DNA of 64,000 nucleotides from Octopus sinensis (Eukaryota): NCBI RefSeq assembly GCF_006345805.1, contig NC_042999.1, positions 44,268,001 to 44,332,000 of the forward strand, read 5' to 3'. Shown piece by piece: positions 10,629 to 22,107 of this stretch (position 1 is its first letter; each line of letters starts with the position of its first letter). The notes under the pieces were generated by a model. It saw only the letters and a program-made list of their open reading frames with translations, ran no database searches and was not told where the DNA came from. The position numbers and the translations under genes were made by a program.

Positions 10629-10830
10629 TGTACCTGTCAGTATCAAGAGCTGCTATTTTTTTTTTTTGGTAGTATTTAAAACAAAACCCAATTAAAATGC
10701 TGTAGTTCATAATATTCTCCACCATTACATTCATCTCGTCTTTTGAAACACATGGCACCAGACAGAGAATATATATTTTTATAAGTACCACCTGTTGTAT
10801 GGTTAACATACACGCACACATACATGCATG

Positions 10831-11276
10831 CAAAAAGAAGATATCTGTGCTGAATCTACAGCTACTCTATCCAGATTGCAAGTTGAGGTTTATACCTGTA
10901 ATTATTGGGGCACTGGAATATGTAACACACTACCTAAATACTAATCTTGAGAAATTAGGCTTCTCAAAATCAGAAAGGAGAAAGCTGATCTGAAGATTGC
11001 AGATCCAAGCCTGGAACTGTAAAAATCTGTAAAACTTCCCAGAAGTTTATTATTTAAGTATGTATGAGCATGTCTAGACTTAGAACTATATGCATGAGAA
11101 TACATACATAAAACAAAACATACAAATCTGCACATATACATAAATGCCCTGTTGATGTTGTTGAAATTCCAATGAAGGAGCCTTGGATCTAGGTTAGAAA
11201 CCAGCTCTTTCTCTATTGGCAAGAAATCTTGAAATAAAACGGAATAATGACTGACTGACCAACCTACATACATACA
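10831..11276 (+). mobile_element. 3' end of an R4/Dong-like RLE non-LTR retrotransposon
   Basis: LNLQLLYPDCKLRFIPVIIGALEYVTHYLNTNLEKLGFSKSERRKLI*RLQIQ has the RLE C-terminal PV.IGALG-type motif; followed by a 3' UTR ending in (CATA)n. Confidence 0.6.
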
Positions 11277-11278
11277 TA

Positions 11279-11780
11279 CCATAAATCCTTGAGTATAATC
11301 CACACTTTTTTCCCAAAATTTAAAGGTCAAAATCCCTAGTGCGTACTATATACAAGGCTTAAAATGAAAAATATTTTCTAAGCAATGTCAGTCTCTATTT
11401 GCTGTCTGGCAATGTTTATTTATTCAGATGCATTTTGTGATGTCGGGCATGAAAATACCTTAAGCTAAGCCTGAAAGCAATGAAGTCATAAAAGAATCCT
11501 CTATAACTTGCAAGTAAGCAACATTTATTAAAATAAAAGTATTCAGAACACAGAATAACATGTAACAAAAACAATTTGCAAATATAATTACATTTCCATT
11601 ATTGTATTACGTATACGTGGAAGTGTTTGTTCGATTAGGTGCTGCTGGCTTAATTACGAACGACTCAAGTTAGAGAAGTGGTGCGTATTATACACAAGGT
11701 TTAGGTTTTTCAGAGATACATCCCCCTAAAAATCCCCTGCATATTATACTCAAGGGCGGACTATACCCGAGGATTTACGG
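11279..11780. mobile_element. 502-bp pogo/Tc1-type MITE inserted at a TA in a (CATA)n tract
   Basis: 27-bp TIRs CCATAAATCCTTGAGTATAATCCACAC / revcomp CCGTAAATCCTCGGGTATAGTCCGCCC (21/27); TA at 11277-11278 and 11781-11782. Confidence 0.75.
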
Positions 11781-12577
11781 TACATACATACATATAAACA
11801 GACAGACAGTTTGAAAAACAATTAGCCTCATAAAAAGAAGCCATTTACCAGTGTAAGTAATGAAAAGTGCATAAAAAATATTTTTCTTATTTGGTTCTCA
11901 ATTTTAAAGAAAATCAGGCCAAATGTAAATGCAAAACAACTTGATAAATAACAGGTTATTTCACATAGATAGGAGTGTTGATATGTTTGTTATATGTCAG
12001 CTTGAAAGATAGGAGATAACGATGTTCATTACTGACTTCAAATTTTGCATTATGGGCATATTGGTTAAGATGTTTGGTTTCCAACCGCATAGCTTTGGGT
12101 TCAGTTCAGCAGCACAGAAACTTGGACTCTACTATATTCCCGAACCAACCAAAGCCTTGAGTGGTTTTAGTAGGCAGAAATTGAAAAACCATTGTATATA
12201 TCATCATCATCACTTAGCATCTGCTTTCCATGCTGGCATGGGTTAGACAGTTTGACTGAAACCAGTAAGCTGTAGGACTACACCAGATTCCAATCTGATT
12301 TGGCATGGTTTCTATGGTCGGATGCCCTTCCTAACACCAACCACTCCAAGAATGTAATGGGTTCTTTTTACATACCACTGGCACAGGTGCCAGTTAGGCA
12401 ATACCAGTATTAGCCATGACTACAATTTCACTTGGCTTGATGGGTCTTCTCATACATTCATATATCAGATCAGATTGGAGTCTGGTGCAGCCATCTGGTT
12501 CGCCAGACCTCAGTCAAATTATCCAACCCATGCTAGCATGGAAAGTGGACGTTAAACGATGATGATGATGATGGTGA

Positions 12578-12838
12578 TATATATATATATATATATATAA
12601 GTAAGGATGAGATCGTTAATTTAAATATCAATCTTATCAAGTGGCCAGCATGGGAATAAAAAACTTTAAAGGTAATAATTATTATTAAAATTATAATTTA
12701 GGGTATCTAAGAGATACCGCCACGCTGGTCTTCTCTCCTAGTGCTGTATGAACATTTAATGTGGTTTTAGAGTTAGGTTTTGGCTGCTATTTTCAGCGTT
12801 GCGGTATCTCTTAGATACCCTAAATTATAATTTTAATA
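12578..12838. mobile_element. Candidate non-autonomous Helitron-like element with inverted partial copy
   Basis: Starts in (TA)n; subterminal hairpin GGTATCT-aag-AGATACC; ends CTAG|T at 12738-12742; 45-bp inverted repeat 12683-12727 / 12794-12838 (44/45). Confidence 0.45.
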
Positions 12839-13669
12839 TATATATATAATTTCAATTTTTGTGTCTACAGTAGAAAGGATTATTATTATTGTGGCGAGGT
12901 GGCAGAATCATTAGTACATTGGGCAAAATGCTTAGTGGCATTTTGTCTGTCTTAACATTCTGAGTTCCGCTGAGGTTGACTTTACCTTTTATCCTTGATA
13001 AAATATGTACCAGTATAGTTACTGGAATCAATGTAATCGACTAGCCTTCTCCCCCAAATTTCATGCCTTGTGCCTACATTGGAAAGGATTATTATTATGA
13101 TTACTATTATTATTGGAATCATGGATTTGCAGAATCATAGTGTCAGACAAACTGCCTTACCCAGCAGTATTTATGGCCCTCTATATTCTGATTTCAAATC
13201 CTAGAGAGGTCAACTTATTTAGGGTGATAGATTGACAGAACTGTCTTAACATTGGGAAAAAAAGGCCTTGCATGATTTGTTCTGACTTTATATGTTCTGA
13301 ATTCAAATCCTAGTGAAGTCAGATACCTGCCCCCTCAAAATTGTCAGCCTTGTGTCTAATCTAGAAACTATTATTATTATTATTAGGTGTAGGAGTTGCT
13401 GTGTGGTAAGTAGCTTGCTTACAAACCACATGGTCCCGGGTTCAGTCCCACTCAATGGCACCTTGGGCAAGTGTCTTCTACTATAGCCTCGGGCCAACCA
13501 AAGCCTTGTGAGTGGATTTGGTAGACGGAAACTGAAAGAAGCCCATCGTATATATATATGTTTGTGTGTCTGCATTTGTCCCCCTAACATCGTTTGACAA
13601 CCGATGCTGGTGTGTTTACGTCCCCATAACTTAGCGGTTCAGAAAAAGAAACCGATAGTACTAGGCTTA

Positions 13670-14993
13670 CAAAGAATAAGTCCTGGGGTTGATTTGCTTG
13701 ACTAAAAAAGGCGGTGCTCCAGCATGGCCACAGTCAAATGACTGAAACAAGAGTAAAAGAGTAATATTATTATTATTAAGGTGGTGATAGTCCACTCTGC
13801 TGTGTGGTTGGTGTTAGGAATGGCATCCAGCTGTAAAAATCTTGCCAAAAGTTACAGAAGTCTGGTGCAAGCTTCTGCCAGGCTGGCCCTTGTCAAAACG
13901 TCCCACCCATGCTAGCATGGAAGGCAGATGTTAAACAATGATGATGATGATGAGCTGGCAGAATCGTTAGCACGGTGGACGAAAAGCTTAACGGTATTTC
14001 GCCTGTTGCTACATTCTGAGTTCAAATTCTGCCAAGGTCAACTTTACCTTTCATTCTTTCAGGGTCGATAAAATAAGTACCAGTTGAACACTGGGGTTAA
14101 TGTAATCAATTCATCCCTTCTGCAAAATTGCTGTCCTTGTGGCAAAATTTGAAAACATTAGCCTCGCCTGGCACCTGTGCAGGTGGCACGTAAAAAGCAC
14201 CCACTACACTCACGGAGTGGTTGGCGTTAGGAAGGGCATCAAGCTGTAGAAACACTGCCAGATCAGACTGGAGCCTGGTGCAGCCTTCTGGCTTCCCAGA
14301 TCCCTGGTCGAACCATCCAACCCATGCTAGCATGGAGAACGGACGTTAAACGATGATGATGAGGGTAGAATCTGATGCCTTTGTTCAGCCAGCTCTCATT
14401 CTGCAACCCAGCAGCAGCAAACCACTGGTGTGCCCTCTTTATCCAAAGCTACATAGTGGGCTTCTCTGCCGCTTTAGTAATGAAATTTAGAGCACTCCTC
14501 TTTGATGCACCAGTAACTCCAAGCCCAGTCAATGCTCTGCAGAATGAACATCCCACAAAACCTTGGCAGCCCACCTCAGTTGCCTTGCAATGTGCCTGCC
14601 AGCACTATTTTGCACTGTTCTACCAGCTCCTGGTATTTGGCAAGCTAATGAAATACAACACACTAAATGTGGGGTTTACATTGATCAACAACAATAAAGG
14701 TATAACAAAAGATCAAATTTAATTCAAAAAAATTTCAGCAAGAAAAAGAATTCCTAATAGTAGGGCAGCCCATTGAGGATAATTCAACTGAAGGAAACCC
14801 CATATTAAAAAAGTCTATAGGCGCAGGAGTGGCTGTGTAGTAACTAGCTTGCTTACCAATCACATGGTTATGGGTTCATTCCCTCTGTGTGGCACCTTGG
14901 GCAAGTATCTTCTACTATAGCCTCGGGCCAACCAAAGCCTTGTGAGTGGATTTGGTAGATGGAAACTGAAAGAAGTCTGTCATGTATATTTTT

Positions 14994-15024
<31 letters not shown>

Positions 15025-16587
15025 CTGTATTTGTCCCCCCAACATCGCTTGACAACTGATGGCGGTGTGTTTACATCCCCATAACTTAGCGGTTTGGCAA
15101 AAAGACTGATAGAATAAGTACTAGGCTTCCAAAGAATAAGTCCTGGGGTTGATTTGCTTGACTAAAAAAGGCGGTGCTCCAGCATGGCCACAGTCAAATG
15201 ACTGAAACAAGAGTAAAAGAGTAATATTATTATTATTAAGGTGGTGATAGTCCACTCTGCTGTGTGGTTGGTGTTAGGAATGGCATCCAGCTGTAAAAAT
15301 CTTGCCAAAAGTTACAGAAGTCTGGTGCAAGCTTCTGCCAGGCTGGCCCTTGTCAAAACGTCCCACCCATGCTAGCATGGAAGGCAGATGTTAAACAATG
15401 ATGATGATGATGAGCTGGCAGAATCGTTAGCACGGTGGACGAAAAGCTTAACGGTATTTCGCCTGTTGCTACATTCTGAGTTCAAATTCTGCCAAGGTCA
15501 ACTTTACCTTTCATTCTTTCAGGGTCGATAAAATAAGTACCAGTTGAACACTGGGGTTAATGTAATCAATTCATCCCTTCTGCAAAATTGCTGTCCTTGT
15601 GGCAAAATTTGAAAACATTAGCCTCGCCTGGCACCTGTGCAGGTGGCACGTAAAAAGCACCCACTACACTCACGGAGTGGTTGGCGTTAGGAAGGGCATC
15701 AAGCTGTAGAAACACTGCCAGATCAGACTGGAGCCTGGTGCAGCCTTCTGGCTTCCCAGATCCCTGGTCGAACCATCCAACCCATGCTAGCATGGAGAAC
15801 GGACGTTAAACGATGATGATGAGGGTAGAATCTGATGCCTTTGTTCAGCCAGCTCTCATTCTGCAACCCAGCAGCAGCAAACCACTGGTGTGCCCTCTTT
15901 ATCCAAAGCTACATAGTGGGCTTCTCTGCCGCTTTAGTAATGAAATTTAGAGCACTCCTCTTTGATGCACCAGTAACTCCAAGCCCAGTCAATGCTCTGC
16001 AGAATGAACATCCCACAAAACCTTGGCAGCCCACCTCAGTTGCCTTGCAATGTGCCTGCCAGCACTATTTTGCACTGTTCTACCAGCTCCTGGTATTTGG
16101 CAAGCTAATGAAATACAACACACTAAATGTGGGGTTTACATTGATCAACAACAATAAAGGTATAACAAAAGATCAAATTTAATTCAAAAAAATTTCAGCA
16201 AGAAAAAGAATTCCTAATAGTAGGGCAGCCCATTGAGGATAATTCAACTGAAGGAAACCCCATATTAAAAAAGTCTATAGGCGCAGGAGTGGCTGTGTAG
16301 TAACTAGCTTGCTTACCAATCACATGGTTATGGGTTCATTCCCTCTGTGTGGCACCTTGGGCAAGTATCTTCTACTATAGCCTCGGGCCAACCAAAGCCT
16401 TGTGAGTGGATTTGGTAGATGGAAACTGAAAGAAGTCTGTCGTGTATATTTTTTATATATATATATATATATGTATGTGTGTCTGTATTTGTCCCCCCAA
16501 CATCGCTTGACAACTGATGGCGGTGTGTTTACATCCCCATAACTTAGCGGTTTGGCAAAAAGACTGATAGAATAAGTACTAGGCTTC
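13670..16587. repeat. Tandem segmental duplication, 1460 bp + 1458 bp
   Basis: Copy 1 13670-15129, copy 2 15130-16587. Identical ORF-track pairs offset by 1460. The differences I could see are one substitution (14982 vs 16442) and 2 bp of (TA)n length. Confidence 0.95.
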
Positions 16588-17554
16588 CAAAGAATAAGTC
16601 CTGGGGTCGATTTGCTTGACTAAATACGGTGCTTCAGCATGGCCACAGTCAAATGACTGAAACAAGTAAGAGTTCTCTAGCATTGCGAAGGTGTCAAAAG
16701 TGCCCTTCCTCTCCAACAATAATAATAATCCTTTCTGCTTTAGGCCTGATTTTTTATTTATTTATATATTTTTTTCTTGGTAGGAGCTAGTTGATTACAT
16801 CAATCCCAATGTTCTACTACTACTACAAATAATAATAATAATCCTTTCTACTGTAGACACAAAGCCTGAAAGTTTGGTGGATGGGACTAATTGATTGACC
16901 CCACCACTGGACTGGTACTTATTTCATTGACCCTGAAAGGATGAAACGCAAAGACGACCTCAGCAGAATTTGAAATCAGAACGTAGTAACAGGTGTAATA
17001 CCGTTAAGCACTTTGTCCAGCATGCTAACGATTCTGTCAGCTCACCACCTTAATAATAATTCTCATCATCATCGTCATCGTTTAACATCCGCCTTCCATG
17101 CTAGCATGGGTTGGACAATTTGACTGAGGACTAGCGAACCAGATGGCTGCACCAGGCTCCAATCTTGATTTGGCAGAGTTTCTACAGCTGGGTGCCCTTC
17201 CTAACGCCAACCGCTCCGAGAGTGTAGTGGGTGCTTTTACATGTCACCAGCACAAGGGCTAGTCAGGCAGTACTGGCAGCGGTCATGGAAAATCGTTTTT
17301 TTTTCTTTTTTTAATATTAATCCTTTCTGCAATAGGCACAAAGCCTAAAATTTACGAGTAGGAGTTAAGTCGATTACATTGACCCCAGTACTTAACTGGT
17401 ACTTAATTTATTGACCCTGAAAGGATGAAAGGTAAAGTCGACCTCGGTGGAATTTGAACTCAGAACGTAAAGACGGGTGAAATACCACTAAGCATTTCAT
17501 CCAACATGCTAATGACTCTTCCAGCTCGCCACCTTACAACAACAACAACTAATA

Positions 17555-17586
<32 letters not shown>

Positions 17587-18917
17587 CCACTCTACTAAAG
17601 GCACAAGGCCTGAAATTTTGAGGGGAGGGGACTAGTCAATTACATTGACCCTAGCGTTTTCACTGGTACCTGATTTATCAACACTGAAAGGATGAAAAAA
17701 GTTGACCTCAGGGGAATTTAAACTCAGACTGCAGCGAAGGGTGAAATACTGCTAAGCATTTCATCCAGCATGCTAACAATTCTGTCATCTTGTTGCCTTA
17801 ATAATAATAATAATTTCCTACTTGAGCGTAGGATAATACATTTCGATAGTTGATCAAATTCACTCTTTGGTAATTCCTGCTACTTCAGTAGGAGAAAAAG
17901 AAAAAAAGAAATCAACCCCAAGCAGGATTTTGACTATCCTTTTGGTAATTATAATAACGATGATTCTCTTACTGTTGCAGTGACATGAATCTGTAATCAA
18001 CTTCTGGATATTAATAGTACATACTTTATCACTCAAATAAAGATGAATGGTTAAGTCAAGCCCTACTGGATTTGAACACAGAATGTAAAAGGCCACAAAT
18101 AAATACAAGGCATTTTATCTGGCATTCTATCATTTCTAATCTACTTCTTTTGTGATTCTATTGCAAACAACAACAGTTTCAATATAACACTGACAACTAT
18201 CCAAGCTGTACTTTTTAGTTATGCTCCCTAAGTTTGTTCCTATTGAATCAATTTCCTATGAATCCTTATCACTTTCCATCTTCATTTTTATGACAGTATG
18301 AGTTGGATGGGTTACTAAGGTCAGGATCAGTCCTTATTCAGGTTTGGAACTGCCTCTCACTCATGTTACAAATTTTGGTATAGTTTCTATAAGATGAGTT
18401 TCCTGTTGCCAACCATTTTACAAAGCATATCGGGTTTTTTTTTATTGTAGCAAATCTCTTCAAGAGGTTATCTTGATTCCAGTAAGACCAAAGAGTCTTC
18501 TCTACTCTATATTGTCTTCATTTGTTTGCCAGCATCAGTTGTGTTGTTTTGCCCTTGCAAGATTGCATTGTCTTCATTTGTTTCCCTCTATCCCTTACTA
18601 CTGGGTGGAAAGTGTGCTAGAGCATTTAGGTGACAGAAGTGAGAATAATGGAAGAGAGAGAATGACTGATAACCACACTATATGATTGTTGATAAAATCA
18701 GAGTCAGTATTATTCAGGGGTTAAATTGTTAACCTGTATCCTTTATCCTGCACACTTCTGATCATGCACCTATTAAAAAAAAAAAATCCTCAAATATTGT
18801 CAACCACTCTCCCAGTCTTTCCTATCTAGAAAATAATCTCTGTAGAATCACTCTATACCCAAGATTTTCTGTCAGATGTTCAAAAATTAACTGCATTGAT
18901 TTCATTATTCTTGGAGC

Positions 18918-19122
18918 ACCTTAACATGGCAAACTGGCAGAATCGTTAGCATGCCAGACAAAATGCATAGTGGCATTTCATCTGTCTTTAGATTGTGAGT
19001 TCAAATATCACTGAGGTTGACTTTGCCTTTCATCCTTTTGGGGTCAATAGAATAAGTACCAGTTGAGCACTGGAGTTAATATATTTGACTATCTCTCTCC
19101 AACAAAATTTCAAGCCTTGTGG
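18918..19122 (+). mobile_element. SINE family B with 14-bp TSD
   Basis: ATTATTCTTGGAGC at 18904-18917 and 19123-19136. Confidence 0.8.
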
Positions 19123-20372
19123 ATTATTCTTGGAGCTCTTTGCAAAAGCCAAGGACACAGCTTCTTTGTCCAGAATATATTTGTAAATATTCTTATATAA
19201 ATTTTAGTGTTTTGACAGAAGCCATTCTGAAGCACCATCATTAAATTTAAATTAATTAATAATGGGTGTAGAATGACAACAGAATAGAGTGGAAAATAAT
19301 AAAATTCTGGATTTTTCAAAAACCACATATTCAAGTTTTCCTATAGAAGTTGCATTATTTGACTATTTGTACTATTTTTCATAGTTTAGAAGTCTTCTGA
19401 GATAAGAATGGTATACAGCTGTTAAAAAGAAGCTCTAATACTGTTCCAGTTTTTAAATATCTTCCTTATTCTAGAGTTGAACAAATGAAAAACATCATGC
19501 CTCTTATATCAATAAAATAATTAATTGCTAGGCATGATTTAAGTAACCATAACCCGTCTTTTCAAATTTGTAGCAATGTGCTTAATCATATGTATAGTTC
19601 TAATTTCTTTTAAACCATATAAATTTAAACTTCCTTAGAAAATATCAAATAAGAAAGCAATAAAATGTAAAAAGTAATAAATTTTAATATCTATGATGAT
19701 CATTGGTGAAATCTGAAGTCATTCACTAATGGAGTCTCTAAGAACCCTAACAGTAATTTAAAAAGTTATAAACCTATGAATTTGTTAAATTAAAGATTCG
19801 TTATTTTTCAGCATAGATGTATTTCTGCAGTGTTATAAGCTTGCAATTTTACTGCTAAGACTGAAAATTCCCTACTAAGGCATGAAAAATTCTACAAAGT
19901 ATCCTTATAGAAAAATAGCCCACTAAAGAAAGGGGCTTTGGAATGTAACAAAACAATTAAGGAATTTTCATTCCCAGTCAGTTCTTCAAGCCATATTAAT
20001 TATCGGGTGAATTGTCGGAATCGTTAAACGTCGGACAAAAAGCTTACAGTTACAATCCTTTATGTTCCGAGTTCAAATCACGTCGAGGTCAACTTCGCTT
20101 TTCTGTCCCCACCCCCCAACAGGTTGATACAGCAAAGTTACAAGTACTTGGATCGATTCCTAGAACGCATCCTTAATATTAATGTAATTATAACTGAAGT
20201 CGAATATTAAACAATCGTATTTCTAGCTCCAAGATTATTTCCTGTTTGATGGGGGAAAATCTGTAAAATTATAAAAACAGCATTCCAAAAGTTATGCTTC
20301 CATTTTAGGGCTGGAAATACTTCTCTGCTCAGTTGTTGAGCTTGTCTCTCTACAAACACAAGAATGACTCAC

Positions 20373-20477
20373 ATGAGAGTACTGCCCACATATCAAGGAA
20401 GGTAGAGATGTTATACACACAAACATCCTAGATAGCATAAAAAAGGCCATCCAGCTGTTTGGCAAACGTTCACTCAT
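20373..20477 (-). CDS. Candidate signal-peptide exon (MSERLPNSWMAFFMLSRMFVCITSLPSLICGQYSH)
   Basis: Ends at a phase-0 CAT|GTGAGT donor (20372); hydrophobic stretch with ICG|Q as a possible cleavage site. Its link to the 5848 exon is inference. Confidence 0.25.
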
Positions 20478-22002
20478 CAGCTTACTAAACCACGAGCTTA
20501 CAGATGCGCCATTGCCATTTTTTCTTCTAAGTAATATAACGTCCTCTGCGCCTAAAGAACTATCACCTTCATCCAAAAAAAACAACTTCAGATCCTCTTT
20601 TAAAATATCCAATCATTCTAACACAAATGGTAACAGTCAAACTTCATTGTGCCCTGTTTTCCTCAAAGGTTTCAGACCCTGGAAGTTCACTTCTGCCCGA
20701 GGGCCCGTATAGGTCATAGACATTACATTTCCTCTTATTAAATTATAAAATTAAGCTAAAATTCTTGGTGCAGTTTACAACTCAAAAGATCTGATTTCAT
20801 TTCTCATATGATTCATCATTAATATCACTGTTCATTTCGCTATGAACGAGTTCGACATTCCAATAGTCTGCGTCGTACAAATGTTTTTGCTACTTTTTTC
20901 CTTCCGCATTACATTGCTTCTAAAATTTCCAGTTGGAATTAGAATAGACACCCAGTCATCATTATATTACAGTTCGTGCCAGAAAAAAAAAAATTACTAT
21001 TTAAATTGCAAATTAAACTTAGTAATAAACATAAGTTGTTCGCAGAAGTCTAATTTATTCTTCAAGAACCTTAGTTGTGAAGGGAGTTATAATAGAAATG
21101 ACATCCTATTTTACCAATTATTATAACCATTTCTGTTTGAGTCAAGACATTCCAACATTGCGTCTTTCTCTTTCCATTCACACTGTCTAGTTTACTTGAC
21201 GTATTAAATGCATTACCTTAATCTTTCCTTCGCAATATCTCCCTACCATACGAGTAAACTTACAAATATTATGTAAACTGAAAGTGTTCCAAACTTAACC
21301 TCAGGGGAGTGGGGGAGGACTTTATCATCTTGGCCTTTGAATTAATTAAAACAAACCAAAAAGTAACTTTTTGCAATTAAAATTAAAAAAAATATAAGAT
21401 TCATTTTAAAATTCCAGTATGATATCCGCTAAGATTAAAGACATCTTATGAAAATGATGCATTGTTCTAGTATAATCCACTAATTACGTCAGAATTTTGT
21501 AACAATTTTCCGTAGCGGCTTTTTTTTAACTTATATAATTGTTGTTTTTCTATTATTATTTCTCATTTGTGGGTGCCTGCACGACAACACCTCTCTTAAG
21601 CTTTATATTCCTTGTAAACATTGTTAAAAATAAATACGACATATTTAAAGGATTTGATAAAAATACATAATTTCCAGAAGGCTTATATCTCCTGCAGACA
21701 TAGTTACATTGAAACTGCGAAATAATGCTTATGTCATAGTCTCGTTCAAATGAGACTTAGCACACATCCGCGATCTATTAGTATTTTTAATAACGTATAT
21801 GTTTAATTTTTCATATTTGTATCAGTAATCGTTAAAAGTTTTCTGTTTGAATGTGAAAAGTAATTAATTCCGGAAATAAAACAGTAATAAAAGTGAAAAC
21901 AATTAATTTTCATTACTAAGAATATGTATGTATTTTAAGAGAGGGGGAGGAATTTTTTTATTCCCATGACTCTGTGTTCAGCCGTACAGGTGTGCATCCA
22001 TC

Positions 22003-22107
22003 ATGGCGGAAAGCGGTGAAGAAACGGAAAGGAAAATTACTATTACAGTTAAAACAAGTAAAGAAAAGCAAGAGATTAAAGTTGAGGCTGATGTGTCGGT
22101 CAAAGAG
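22003..22107 (+). CDS. UBQLN1: Ubiquilin coding exon 1 ([35 protein letters not shown])
   Basis: ATG in ccatcATGG context; donor GAG|gtaatt; phase 0; start of the UBL domain. Confidence 0.95.

Larger units (their letters stand above)
12000..18120. repeat. Dense cluster of SINE families A and B and RTE-tail repeats separated by (AAT)n/(GAT)n/(TA)n
   Basis: Repeated blocks: GAGCTGGCAGAATCGTTAGCA.. (B), GGATGCCCTTCCTAACGCCAACC..(CAT)n (RTE tail) and the family A body. Coverage is near-continuous. Confidence 0.85.

Noticed and set aside
11165-11215. CAATGAAGGAGCC..GGTTAGAAACCAGCTC as a hammerhead in the RLE element 3' UTR
   Set aside because: The core reads CCAATGA and stem III does not pair
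13385-13460. tRNA gene
   Set aside because: The A/B-box-like head continues into the SINE body; no full cloverleaf or Pol III terminator
14106-16182. Duplicated 75-aa and 115-aa ORFs as a paralogous gene pair
   Set aside because: The 75-aa ORF is a reading of the RTE-tail repeat. The 115-aa ORF has no recognisable motif or splice support. Both are identical only because of the tandem duplication.
20449-20480. Minus-strand CTGATGA..hairpin..CAAA CAGCTG GA as a hammerhead
   Set aside because: GAAA and the UH cleavage site are both altered and there is no stem I
20292-20612. 106-aa minus ORF as a neighbouring enzyme gene such as IDNK (adjacent to UBQLN1 in human) or a selenoprotein via the two upstream in-frame TGAs
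   Set aside because: No Walker A or gluconokinase motif, TTG start directly after a stop, and no CxxU/UxxC context or SECIS seen. Only the 20477-20373 part is kept as a candidate exon.
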